A stretch of DNA of 64,000 bases from Psilocybe cubensis (lineage: Eukaryota): contig CM039004.1 of assembly GCA_017499595.2 (NCBI GenBank), positions 1,488,001-1,552,000 of the forward strand, in the 5' to 3' direction. Below the pieces are notes generated by a model, which had not been told where the DNA came from, did no database searches, and was given only the letters and a program-made list of their open reading frames with translations. A program made the translations under genes and the position numbers. Positions 41,405 through 53,593 of the stretch are shown one piece after another (positions within the stretch are counted from its first letter, which is position 1; each line of letters begins with the position of its first letter).

Positions 41405-43026
41405 ATGACGTCTGCCTCAGCAGCAGCGGAAGCTCAAATAAAGAGCGAAATAGAGAGATTGACAGGCAAGTTTACTCCATCTTATCGACATCCTTTGCCG
41501 ACTTCCTGATGGTATGCGGTCTTTGTTAGCGACAATCAACCAGCACAAAGCACACCAAAAAAACAAGCAATGGTACACGGGTTCCAACTACTATGCACCT
41601 TATCCACAAGGAGGACCGTCAGGACGACCAAATACTTATATTAACCCTAGCTACAAACCGTCCAACAAGTACATCCGCCCAGGCCTGAATGTGGCAGGAC
41701 CCTCAAAGCCTAGTGTGACACCGACACCGACACCGACAGCGGCTTCAGTCCCTTCATCGACCCCGGCAGCAAGCACCCCGACCACTGGATCTTCAACATT
41801 CTCGTCTCCAGTGATACCATCTAGTAAGCCCGTTTCTATGGTTGGTGGACCTATAAAGGAGGTAGTGCTTGGCGGGGTCGCATTTGAATCTTCGCGACGT
41901 GTTCTTGTTAGGAAGGATCGTGAGTCTGGATTTCTTCTTTATTCGTTTACACGCTGCGTGTTTTAATATGTATATAGTACCTCAATCGGCAAAACCGGGA
42001 AAAGTCATGGCGAAGACAATTCCACCGCGTAGACATCCTTATAGTCGGAAACCAAGTCATGTACCTCCGACTAAGTCTTACAAGGTGAAGGCTCCACGAG
42101 GCAGGAACATGACTCTCAATAATACCAGACGACAATATCCGTATGTGGTACAGTGCTGCTCTTTCTATACACTCACGATGTCTGTTTGTAGATCACGGAA
42201 AACGGCTGGTCGGCGAAAATATGTAGATAAACCATGTCCTCGATTCACAACGACAGGTGCGCCCCGTTTCATTATGCTCACTCCTCGGGACCTGGACGAC
42301 CTACCGGTATCGGCTTCTGTGGTCTCGAGGAGTTTGCGCTATAAGTTCAACATTTGACTATTTTCTCTCTTTCTGTTTTTTGGCATGTTTAAATGGCTCA
42401 TTGTAGGCTCTTGTACGCGCGGATTGACGTGCATGTATCAACATGATCCAGCCAAAATTGCGATTTGCTGGAACTTTCTGCAAGACAACTGTAACAAAAC
42501 GGCTGAGACATGCAACCTTTCACACGAACCCACACCTGAACGGACGCCACTCTGTGTGCACTTCCTGAACAAAGGACGGTGTACTCGGGACAAATGCCCG
42601 TTCCCGCATGTAAATGTGGGACAGAGGACTGGGGTATGTCGTGATTTTGCGGTACTGGGCTACTGTGAGCGGGGGTTGGACTGCGATCGGCAGCACGTCC
42701 GGGAGTGCCCTGACTTTGCGGAGAAGGGGACGTGCGGGACAGCTGGATGCAAGCTCCCGCATGTGATCAGGGCGAACCGTAATCGCAAGGTGGCTGCGGC
42801 GACTGTTGGCAGCAGCGATGCAGCTGCTGGAACAGAGGACACTGAGGCGATGGTGACGGCCGAAGACGGACAACTAGGGGATGAGTATATATCACTGACC
42901 TTTAAGGAAAGCGACAGCGAAGACGAGTCTGAGGGATCTTCAGAGGAGGAGGAGGAGGAAGAGGAGGGATCGGAGGATGAGAGCGGAAGTGAAGAGTCTG
43001 ATTCTGATATTGAAGTGAATATGTAG
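41405..43026 (+). CDS. Tandem CCCH zinc-finger protein (ZC3H3/Red5-like) with an acidic tail
   Basis: Five CCCH fingers (CPRFTTTGSCTRGLTCMYQH ... CPDFAEKGTCGTAGCKLPH); E/S-rich C-terminus. Confidence 0.85.
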
Positions 43027-43227
43027 AATTGTACTTGCGAATGTGAATGATGAATTGTTATTTTTATCTTACTTATCATGTTATGTGTACATAATCAGCA
43101 GCACAGCCACTGTCGCGTGTCTGTTTCTGAAAGTAAACTCTGCGTTTACCCCAAACCATCTGCGAGGCGACTGTTGACTGTCACTGCCCGCGCTCCTTTG
43201 CCAGATACACCACGCTGCGCCTCCCCA

Positions 43228-43976
43228 ATGAACCCCGGCGATGCCTCCTCCTCGTCCTCGAGCAAGCCCAGAGCTGCCACCCGCCTTCTCCACTCCGTTA
43301 AGCGCACCTTCACGCCCCCCAGAAAACGATATCCTGAATACGACTACCCAGTCAGTCACTTTCACTTGAATGTCAGTCTAATTGCTCACCGTGCTCTTTC
43401 CAGAGAGATGCTATGCATAGCACTTATGCGGAGTCGCATACGACTCTCTCTGCGCAGCAGTTCAGAAATCCTGATCCTGCCTCCTCGCGCCCAACCATAG
43501 AACAGATAGCTATGGGGCTTCATATTTCTCGGACGCCTCATCTGCGGCCCCTGGCTTCCTCGCCCTACGCATTTTCTCAGAGGAACTCGGCGCCCCACTC
43601 TCCCAGCCACCAACACCATCACTCCACCCCCATCGTTCTACCGCCGCCTCCAAAGCGATCATCTCTCAAGAAACCCTCAGCGACAGTGACATCCTCGTCA
43701 AGTAGTCCAGCGATCAGTCCCCCCTTCTCCACTGCCTCGGGGTCATCGTCGACGGTCACATCTGTGTCTCCATCTTCCGCACAATCAACTCGTCCATTTG
43801 CCGCAATCAAGTTTCGGATGGCACGTTTCCTACCACATGGAAGGTCATCGTCAGAGCCCTCCTCCATGGCGTCATCCCCTTTGTCCTCACCGAGGACAAG
43901 CTCGTCTGACTTTCCCAAGAAAAACGTTAGGTTTAGAACCGAGCAAGTGGTTGACATCGATGTAGACGAACACTGA
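43228..43976 (+). CDS. Hypothetical Ser/Pro-rich protein, two exons
   Basis: ATG 43228, intron ~43351-43403, long low-complexity ORF ending KKNVRF (RVxF-like). Confidence 0.6.
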
Positions 43977-44671
43977 ATCACTCACTGACTACTCAGTACA
44001 TTGTTTATGTTCATTCCCCGCCGACCACTTGAACTTCTCCTTTTCGATTATCCTTATTCTTTATTTCTCCTCTTTTCTTTATAGTTGGGTTTCATATCCT
44101 CCAGCTACTGTTAAACGCCATTGCATTAACAGACACTCGGTACCTCTATTCTATCTCACTTCATAGCATCATGTATTCAGCACTAGTGTATTCATCAATT
44201 TTCAATGCCAAGAAAACTCACAGATCATCCTCATTTGTGCCAGTGTCTCAAGTTTATCCGTCTTGTTGAGCATTTCATTGTTGGCCCAGTACCATTTCCA
44301 ATTCGTGGGGTGACCTGTTGTGTTAATATAAATAGAACTGGTTAAGCACAGTGCTGACGCAAAGAGGATTAGATTCGGCAAACAGTCTCAGTCACGTTTT
44401 GCCTCTGACATACGCCACGAAAGACTATTTGCCGCGTTGAGCACATTTGAACTACATAACATACTACTCAACTGCGGATCATTCCTCACTTTTGCCTTCC
44501 TCACCATTTCACTAACTAGAGACAGCCTTTACTCGTTGTCATTGTTCTTCTGACCCGTTGTCCATTTACAAATCTATTCTACATACACTTCAACATTTCG
44601 CGAATTCAAGGCGCCCCAACCCGTGCAAAACCTACAATCTATCATCTATCTCTGTCGCATAGTTGAACAAT

Positions 44672-47034
44672 ATGGCCCCTGTTGAGACCGAATACTACGA
44701 TTTGGTCTGTCGATTGCGCGCGATATGTGTGTTCTTTTGTTTCTGAACTGTACTCACAGCTAGGAGTGCCTGTGGATGCGGATGATACGGTGCTCAAGAA
44801 GGGGTATCGAAAGCAGGCCATGAAGGTTTTTATTCATAAACATTCTTTTTGTTTTCTATTCCTGACTTTCTCCTTGATGTTATAGTATCATCCAGACAAA
44901 AATCCATCGGCAGATGCAGAGGAGAAATTCAAGGAAATCAGGTATGAGGTAATGGTATTGGGTGAACAAACACTGATTGCATTGTTACCTGGCTTTTATT
45001 TTTCCCAGTAAAGCATACCAAGTACTGTCGGATCCGGTAAGAATTATGCCCTGTCTGTGAAGTTGCTCTCAGAAGTGATACCGTGTCTCTTCCAGAATCT
45101 TCGTGCGGTATACGATAAGAATGGCAAGAAGATGGTGTTTTGTTATATTTTACAGCCTACATATCAACAGTGCTCATTATGATTCTCACAGGTCGACAAA
45201 GAAGGACCTATCAACATGGACGATGCTGCTGGATTCTTCGCTAACGTGTTCGGCGGTGAACGATTCCATGATTACGTGCGGAAACCTCTTCAGTCACAAT
45301 ACTTTATATTGAAACTGATATCGTTGGCTTCAGATTGGAGAGATTTCGATAATGAAGGACATGACATCTGTGGCCACCACCATGATGACCGACGAAGAAA
45401 AGGCTGAGATTGAGAAGCAGATGAACAGTGGCAACCCCAACGTGACGGGGGCCTCCACGCCCTCTGTATCTGGTGCAGCCAGCACAACGCCCCCAGGTGC
45501 AGCACCGACAGCACCACATACCCCAAGCACATTGAGTGCTGCGTCTACTGCTGCTCCCCTTGTGTCAGAGGTCCATGCCGATGGTTCAATTCCAGCTGCA
45601 GCTACTCACCCCCCATCAGCTCCAGTTGCCCCGCCTTCACCTACCACTGGATCTCACATCGTCCCACACGGATCTTCCCCGCAATCTACCCCATCCGTTA
45701 ATTCCGCCACTGTAGACAAAGAGACGGAGAAAAGGGAAGCGGCGCGACGAAAGGCTGAACAGAGAGAAAAACTTAGGGAACACGAAAAGGCTAGACGGAA
45801 GGCAATGGAAGCCCGCGTTGCGATGCTGACGAAGAAAATGATTGAACGTATTAGGCCGTTTGTCGAGGCCAAAGACCCTGGAGGCAAAGATGACCCGGAG
45901 TCTACTGCATTTGCGGAGAAAATGAAGCGCGAGGTTGAGGACTTGAAGCTGGAGAGTTTTGGTGTCGAGGTGAAACTTTTTGTGTAATGCTTTGGTGTGA
46001 CTTTCTTGCTAACGGCATAGACAAATTAGCTTTTGCATACAATTGGAAGCGTGTACATGATGAAAGCTTCTTCCTTCATGAAATCGAAGAAATTCTTGGG
46101 AATGTACGCATGTTAATAGACTTTGACATTATCTTTTACTGATCTCTTGCGTCTGATTTAGCCCTGGATTTTTCTCAAGACTCAAAGAAAAAGGTACTTT
46201 GGCTAAGGATGTTTGGGGAGTTATTGGTAGCGCGTAAGTGTTTTTGAAACATTTAGTTTTCTCCTTGACTTTTACATCCGTCTAGATTGAGTGTGCGTGA
46301 ATTGATGCTGGTAAACCAACTTTTTTACGCTTTCTCGTTATGAACCCTTTCTTATATTGAAGCATAGGAAATGGAAAAGGCTCAAGCTAAGGGTGACGTC
46401 GGTGAGGAAGAATTGAGAGCTTTGGAGATGGACGTCACTGGCAAGGTCAGTCACCGCATTTGGTATGTGGCCCGTGGAGATGAGTATACTAACTTATGGT
46501 ATCCAGATCATGCTTGCATCTTGGAGAGGTGCCCGTTTGGAAGTTATCCAAGTTCTCCGAGAAGTACGCTCCTTTACTTTACCAAGTTTCTTATCGTCAT
46601 GTAATAACGGATATATCATAATTAGGTGATAGACAACGTGCTGAAAGAACCCGGACAGCCTGAAGCTGTTCTTGTTAACAGAGCCAAGGTCAAACCAGTT
46701 ATACGTCTACCTATACGGGCCGCTCTGATCAACCGTGACACTACAATCTAGGCTTTGCTTATCACTGGTGCTATCTTCAAATCTGCCGTACCCGACGAAT
46801 CTGACGAAGAGCGCCGAGAGCTTGAGAGGTGTGTTTTTAACGTTATGCCCAGTGGTTCTTGAACCTAATCTTGGCTTTCCTTGCGTTTTCAGGATGGTGC
46901 ACGAAGCTGCCCAACCTAAAGCGAAAAAAAGTGCCACGGCCGCAGCCAAAGCCCGTCGTGAAGAGATGATAAAACAGCAGCAAGCTGCGGCTGCGGCCGC
47001 CCAGGAGAAGCCTGCTGGCTCTACAAAGGCATAG
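44672..47034 (+). CDS. DnaJ + DnaJ-X domain co-chaperone (CAJ1/DJP1 family), many exons
   Basis: ETEYYDLLGV, YHPDKN, AYQVLSDP, FFANVFGGERF..IGEIS and LKLESFGVELLHTIG motifs. Confidence 0.92.
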
Positions 47035-47437
47035 GATGTCGGTTTTTTCACTGGATTTTTCATGTTTCTTTTATACTCCTTTCCTATCCCACCAACTCAC
47101 GTAGATACACCCTTCAGTGCATACTGTAATTTGCTTAACATGTCCAACGGACAGTACTGCTCATCTACACTAATCGTTTGGCTTACATTTACTCAAATCT
47201 AATTAATATATATCCGCATTGATTTCGGCATTGATAATACATGAATGGCATACTATGAAATGGTCTCAGGATCAAGAATCTCACCAGGTGATCTGGGTTG
47301 CAAGAAGAAAGGAGCCAAGTAATAGTACAACGTTAACCCACTCGGTCGGAATATGATTCAATAACAGATAATCCGTTTTCCATAGTAAAATCACAATGAA
47401 TTCTTAGAGGTTATGCGATCAGTCCCCAGACACAAAC

Positions 47438-49767
47438 TCAAGCAAGCACGGTCTTGCTTCGCTCAAAAGATGCTTGAACCTATTAAAAGACGCAAAACCC
47501 ACAGAGAATACTCGTCAATCTACAATTGTATTGTCGCCCAGATTGGGTAGCTCTCACCCTGTTAAAGAAGGTCGTGTCTGTGAGAACGCGGTACCCTGTT
47601 AAAGCTAAACTTTTAGTGATGGCGATCGTCGCTGTATGAGCTGCCTCAGTCCCAGCCGCTTTGGCGAAAGCGGCTGTGTGGTTCCCACCGTTTGGTTCTG
47701 TGGGAATGGCTGCATGTTTCATAAGAACCAAAAGGAGAGGTAGAGAAGACGATATAGCAACACCTACCGAAAGCCGGGTGTAGGGCAGGGAGAGCTGGAG
47801 GTAGATGACGATGTAAGCAGGAAATTTCTGGGTCTGGATCACAAGGAACTTAATGTTACCATATGAGACGTTTCCCTGTGAAATATATCAATTTACCAAA
47901 CAGGAGGACAGGAAAAATGACTGACAAAATCAGTAGATGCAGAGGTCGACTTTGTTGTTGTTACGATTCCGTATTGACTTCCTGCAATATCAGCGAAACC
48001 CTGGGCTGAAAAAAAGTGTAAAGAAACTTTAGCTGTGTATCACTCATCGCTAAGAGATATGAGCTCACCTAGCACTGGATTTTGATGAAGATCGAAGTAG
48101 GCATTGTCGAGTTTTATGTCAACTCTGCACCCGGTAGCAAGAGCCGCTGCTCTACAAGGCTATGTTATTGGATTTCCTTCGATGTAACTAACTTCGGGAA
48201 CCTTACTCTAAGCAATTTTGGACCCGTTTCGTAAATGAGGATAGTTCATCTGATGTAGGTGCTCTAGCAAGCCAACGCATTTTTGCATAATCCGGAATGA
48301 CTAGAACAATTTGAACGCATTTCAGAATCCTTGCATGATGAGTTTAATGTAGCAACGGCGTACCATTTGGGAGCCAATTTCTGCCTTCTACGACACCATG
48401 AACTCGATGATCGGGTTTCATTTGTTGGCGTAGCATAGAGATCCCAGAGTATGCAATAAATGCGGCATCCAATGCATTTGTTCCTTCCCTGGTTACCGCC
48501 GTTTCTGTGTCAGTATGGTTTATTCTTGATGAGGATGATTTCGAGTTCCTGCATACCATGGAGCACCGCCTGCGTGTGCACTGAACAAATTGAACGTATA
48601 TTTTTAACGAGGCATTCGAAGATATTTCTGACATGAGACTCACGCATGACCAAAGTACTCGACTTGTATACTCTGCATTGCGGTCGAGCTTCCAACGCTT
48701 GCTGAGTGAGGAAGACCTGTAGAAGGATGACACCTTAATTCGCAACGTTAATACTTCGTCACGTCAGTCGCAGTAAATAATTACTTACATTATACAAGCA
48801 TCCATTTCTTCGTAAGCTCCGCGTTCCAGTAAGATAACCTTTCCGCCGCCACCCTCTTCAGCTTTAGATTGCTGTCAGCAATTATCAAAAAGAAGATCCT
48901 AGATGCTACCTGGAGTTCCTAAAAGTATCACCTTAGCTGAAGTCTGAGGTTGGGCCTCTAGGGCGGCTTTCAGGGCAATAGCAACCCCGACTCCACTGAT
49001 AGCTATGAGGTTATGACCACATGCATGCCCAATACCTGGCAAAGCGTCCATCTCCGAGTTGATGCCAATGACTCTGCCTCCTGTACCTTGACTATACTCC
49101 GCTTTCCAGGCGGTGTTGAGCCCAAGATAGTGTCTGGTAACTTTGAAGCCACATTTTTCCATGTAAGCAGTCAGGAGGTCATGAGCATAGCTAGGCAAAA
49201 AATGTCAGGATGACTCCACTTGAAAGAGAGAAGTACCAACTTCTCTGTGAACATGGTTTCCGGGTGTCCTGTATTTAATATACGCCGTTAACGAGGAAAA
49301 TTATGCAGAACTTCAAATAACCAATACCATGTATCTTCATACTAAGGGCACGAAGACTTTCATTTTTTTGGTTCAAGGTTTTGTCAATAACAGAGGTAGC
49401 ACTTCCGGGTATGTGTGCTAAGGAGTTTGAAATAGAGGAATAGGACGGGAGCTGTTCTGCCACATTCCACCACTCATCCTCAGAGCCGTAGGAAAAGACA
49501 CAATTGGGGGTAAAATAACAGTGATTGTCCTTCAGATTTACTTCAGAACAACGCGAAAAACGATCCTGTATAATAACTGACCGTCTTTCCTAGAGTTTCA
49601 CTATCGCTAAGCCGTTTATCCGCCTCACCGTAAACCTTTTCTTGTTCTGACAACGGCTTATCTTGGAGAGTGGACTTGGTTTCTGTGCGAGTTGTCAATT
49701 TCCCAAAACGCGTTTTGCGCGAGAAAAAGTGAGCAAAACATCCTGGCTGTGCGTCAAGGTCGCTCAT
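47438..49767 (-). CDS. Peptidase M20/amidohydrolase (PM20D2/ACY1L2-like), multi-exon
   Basis: EMDALPGIGHACGHNLIA, LLGTP.EEGGGGK, HAA.MVCR/NALDAAF, ASTDFGNVSY and NHTAAFA motifs. Confidence 0.9.
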
Positions 49768-50185
49768 TTCCCGGTACAGGGTAGAATGCAATGGTAAGAG
49801 TAAGAGAGCTTAATGGGAGCAATCTGAGTATCATTTGCTACGGTATGGCCACTTGGAAAGATCTGGCAGAGATCCGCCGCCAATTCAGTTACCGATCGTT
49901 GAAGCTGGCTGGGACTAAAATCTGGGCAATAATAGCCAGGTTCCCATGTATTCCAAACCTGATATTGTTGGCATAAGAACAGTGAAAAATTAGAAATGGC
50001 AATTATCAAAGCCCGTCAAGGTCGGGAGTTGGTGTATTGTGCATGATGAGAACGGTGAAGATTTAAAAATTTCTGAACTATTGCAATTTGTATGCTAGAA
50101 GTCAAACAACTTTTCTATGTATCATTATTACAGTCCAAATCGCGGTGAAGACAAACAGGTCCTTCATTTAAGAACGAAGTTCGCA

Positions 50186-51296
50186 TTATCCAGATATGTC
50201 CTTTTCGCTACCATTACTGCTCTCGCCACCAAGCCCAAAATAACCCCCAAGGCGTTTCCAGAAACCCACAGGAGCTTGGTAGCGGTCCCTGCCACTGAGA
50301 CCCACAACTATGTGACCTGTTCGACTCTCTACCTGGCAAAAGGAAGCTTCCCTGGAGTTGTCCAATTCGTAGAGATTGTTTTGGGTCCCAATCATAAATA
50401 TTGTTTCCCTAGCAGTGAATTTCACTGTCTTGATATGGGTCGCCAATGCTGGTAACAATTCGATACCACCTTTCTTTGTTTTAAGATGCAGTACGCCAGA
50501 GTATCCCTCGGGGATATATAGAACAACATTCCCTGCAGAAGTTATCGTCAAACTTTGCGGTTACGATAGGGTGTGTGGATATATCTGACCATGCGTCGAA
50601 TTGACATCGAGACCCATTCGAGGTCTCGATGCAGGCATTGGAAGCTGACAATCATTTGCATCAATGTAGATAGAAATATGAATGGATCGTATTACTTACT
50701 AATGTAATTTGTATACTTCCTGAATGACTAGAGACACTTATGTTGGCTTTGGGGGCTTTCTGAATGTCGCCAGTTGTCGCCAACTCCAATTCAACAGAAC
50801 CTTTTCGAGACCGGAAAGAGGCATGCGGTAGTTCCTTTTTTGACTTTTTCCCTTTCCGACGTTGATAGGCCATAACAAGAGGGTCGATGAAAAACGTGCC
50901 TATGAAATTTACCATGGTCAACAGCGAGCTTGTGATGCATTAACGATGGTAATGTTACCTTTGATATCATGATTCCGTTCAAAGATGTGCACTTGATCTG
51001 CACTTGGTGCTGGGTCTTGACTGTTCACCGAAACGCTACTTTGATTGTACCGTGATTGAACATTCGGGACTTGAAGTTGGCTTCGCGAGGACGTGCCATT
51101 ATCACGACCATGGTTGAGAAAGTCGTCACTATACGCTGGAGGAGGCCTGTCTATTTCAAGCTAATCAAGTTCACCTAGCGTCAACCAGAGAGATTGGTTG
51201 TATTCAACTTACTTTGGTCGTCATTGCATCGTTCTTGCTGAAGCTTGCATCCTTTGGGGGTGTCATAGGACCAATACTATGTCGTTCAAGTATCAT
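50186..51296 (-). CDS. Hypothetical fungal protein (N-terminal PPPAY, beta-rich C-terminus), multi-exon
   Basis: ATG 51296, RPPPAYSDD, GTFFIDP, GNVVLYIPEGYSG segments joined by GT-AG introns. Confidence 0.7.
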
Positions 51297-51744
51297 TGCA
51301 GAATGTAGTGGGGGTGAATCAAATATAGGATGCCCGATTGATATGCAGCTGAGAAAAGACCTAAAGTGTTCCACTGACAAGGAAGCAAGCAACCAGTCGA
51401 GACAACAATTGACACAAATGCCCCAAATTTGATAAAGATCAGAGGTTAAGGCGAGCGCAGCAAGGTATAAACTGCGAGCCAGCTAAGTACACAGCCATGC
51501 TAGAGGGTTATAATGGATGAAAAAGAGGATGTTGTGAAGAAGTTCTCAGCAGCCGTCAGTCATGGCGCTGTTGCAAGCTGCGATCAAAGCGTCCTTCGAA
51601 AACCATCGATACGTGGTTGATGTGTGCTTACTAAGTACATACACAGCAAAACTGTCCCTTATTGTCTTTTTTACGAGATAGGCTGGGATAGGTCCGATAG
51701 GAGGAAAGAAAAAGAATGAAAGTGTGGCAAAAAAAGTCAAGCAA

Positions 51745-51826
51745 GGGCCTGACCGGGAATTGAACCCGGGACCTCCTCGATTTGGTATTACCCTAACAAG
51801 GAATCATACTACTAGACCATCAGGCC
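51745..51826 (-). tRNA. tRNA-Pro (AGG) with a 10-nt intron
   Basis: GGCCTGA/TCAGGCC acceptor stem, CCTTG-TT-AGG-G[intron]T-CGAGG anticodon arm, GGTTCAATTCC T-loop. Confidence 0.93.
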
Positions 51827-52349
51827 GATGACTAATCGTTAAGGTGTGTTTATCCGGGGAGACTTACACAACGGCAATGAAACAAAAGAATTCGAATTGG
51901 ATTACATTGGATTACTTGCATTTTGTGCAACGGCAGAAGCAGATCAATGAAATATCTAAAACGATTCAGACGAGAACCGAACTTATCTCGATTTAAATGA
52001 CACCAGTCAGTTGTATACAAATACTCCGTTATTCACAGTACCGTGCTTTTGATCCAATCGCTGGACATAATTATCTTATCCTTTGACAGAAAAATGTGAA
52101 CGTCGTTTGTCGTAAGTAGCGTGGGCTGAAGTTGTCCACATAATGTTGTTCAGCCGACTTTGAATCCCTCCACTTAGTCTCCACTTAGTCCACTACCCAT
52201 CAATAATCACGTGTTCTTAAACTGATTCTCCGACTTGTTTGTAGTTATGCATCACGGCGGATAAAAATGCTGAGCAGTGAGTCGGGTAGTTGGTCTGAAG
52301 ACTGCAGCAAAGCACAAATGAGCACAAATGTAATAAAAAAACATGTCGT

Positions 52350-52437
52350 GGGCCTAACCGGGAATTGAACCCGGGACCTCCTCGATCCAGGGCTACCCTA
52401 ACAAGGAATCATATTCATACTACTAGACCATCAGGCC
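52350..52437 (-). tRNA. tRNA-Pro (AGG) variant with a 10-nt intron and a 6-nt duplication in the D arm (possible pseudogene)
   Basis: Near-identical to the 51745 copy but reads AGTATGAATATGATT instead of AGTATGATT, with one acceptor-stem G-U. Confidence 0.8.
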
Positions 52438-52518
52438 ATTCATAAAAGGTCTGTTTATGACACTTGTTATTTGTACGGCCAAACATGCCCGATGTTTCAA
52501 AGCTTTAACAGTTAAAAA

Positions 52519-52604
52519 GGGCCTCACTGGGAATTGAACCCAGGACCTCCTCCATGTGCACCACACAGCCCAAAGGAGGAATCATGCTACTAGACCATAA
52601 GGCC
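52519..52604 (-). tRNA. tRNA-Pro (TGG) with a 14-nt intron
   Basis: GGCCTTA/TGAGGCC acceptor stem, CCTCC-TT-TGG-G[intron]T-GGAGG, GGTTCAATTCC, downstream T-run terminator. Confidence 0.93.
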
Positions 52605-52832
52605 GATGCAGGCCAAATTTACAGTTAAGTATTGTTCCAATCTACATATATTTTGTTTAAACAATTCTCTTTCTATAAGACATACATCAAATTCAACCAT
52701 GAGGATATATTCACGTTCCCCTAATACTTATATGTGCACTCAAAAATAAATTGTTTTAGTTCATGCAAAGATTCTGAGCATGTTATGCCAATATAGTATT
52801 TTCCAAGTATTTTCTAGCTGAAATGGGGCATA

Positions 52833-53424
52833 AGATTGGGCTCATCAGAAACCAGCACCCTTACGTAATCAATGGGCTTGGCGCCAAGAGCGGCCAAAAT
52901 CCAGCTCGAAAAAAAAATCAAAAGTTATGTTGACGGAAAATGGTTTCAGACAAAAAGTTTAAAAAAAAAAAATTCATAAATGTGCATATACAATCCTTAC
53001 TACTAGCCTTTATGCCCACAATAATAGAATTACACCTCAGAGGTCAAATTGTAGTCTCTGGAAGTCCATAATGAGTCTGAGAGGTATTACTTAGGCGTGA
53101 CTTATTGTCACGTGTGGTCACGTGTACCATTATATAAGCGGCCAAAAGAACATTGTCAAATTTTCGAAAATCTCCCAAACTCGAGAAAACACCATTTCTG
53201 ACGTGTTAGACTAAAAAAAAAGGAAAAAAATTAAAATCTTTATAACTTCTTGAGATCAAAATTTTTTTGAAAAAAAAAACCACAGATGTGTTCAAAGAAG
53301 CATAACCTACATATCTGTGGTTCAAAAATGTAGAATAGTGTGAGTGCAGAAGGGTTGAAAAGGTTCGGAGGTAAGCCAACTTTTGCTTACCTAAGGGGGT
53401 GCTGGTTCCTGATGAGCCCAATCT
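52833..53424. mobile_element. MITE (592 bp) flanked by TA, probably Tc1/mariner-dependent
   Basis: ~35-bp imperfect TIR AGATTGGGCTCATCAG(A/G)AACCAGCACCC..TTA.GTAA; TA at 52831-52832 and 53425-53426; AT-rich non-coding interior. Confidence 0.85.
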
Positions 53425-53593
53425 TAGTTCTTCCATAATTCGCCACGAATTTTAGTACAGCCATGTAATGACGGAAGCAACAATCACAGACAAACAAAGT
53501 GCCATATAGAGTGGGACCCTATCCGTGGTTACGATTTGGACGCTGCATTCGCTGAACCCCTGCCTTGTGCGTCCTCATTCTCGCACAGGGACC

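Noticed and set aside
42660-43981. Ser-rich and Gly/Asp-rich minus-strand ORFs
   Set aside because: Antisense shadows of low-complexity regions in the + strand genes.
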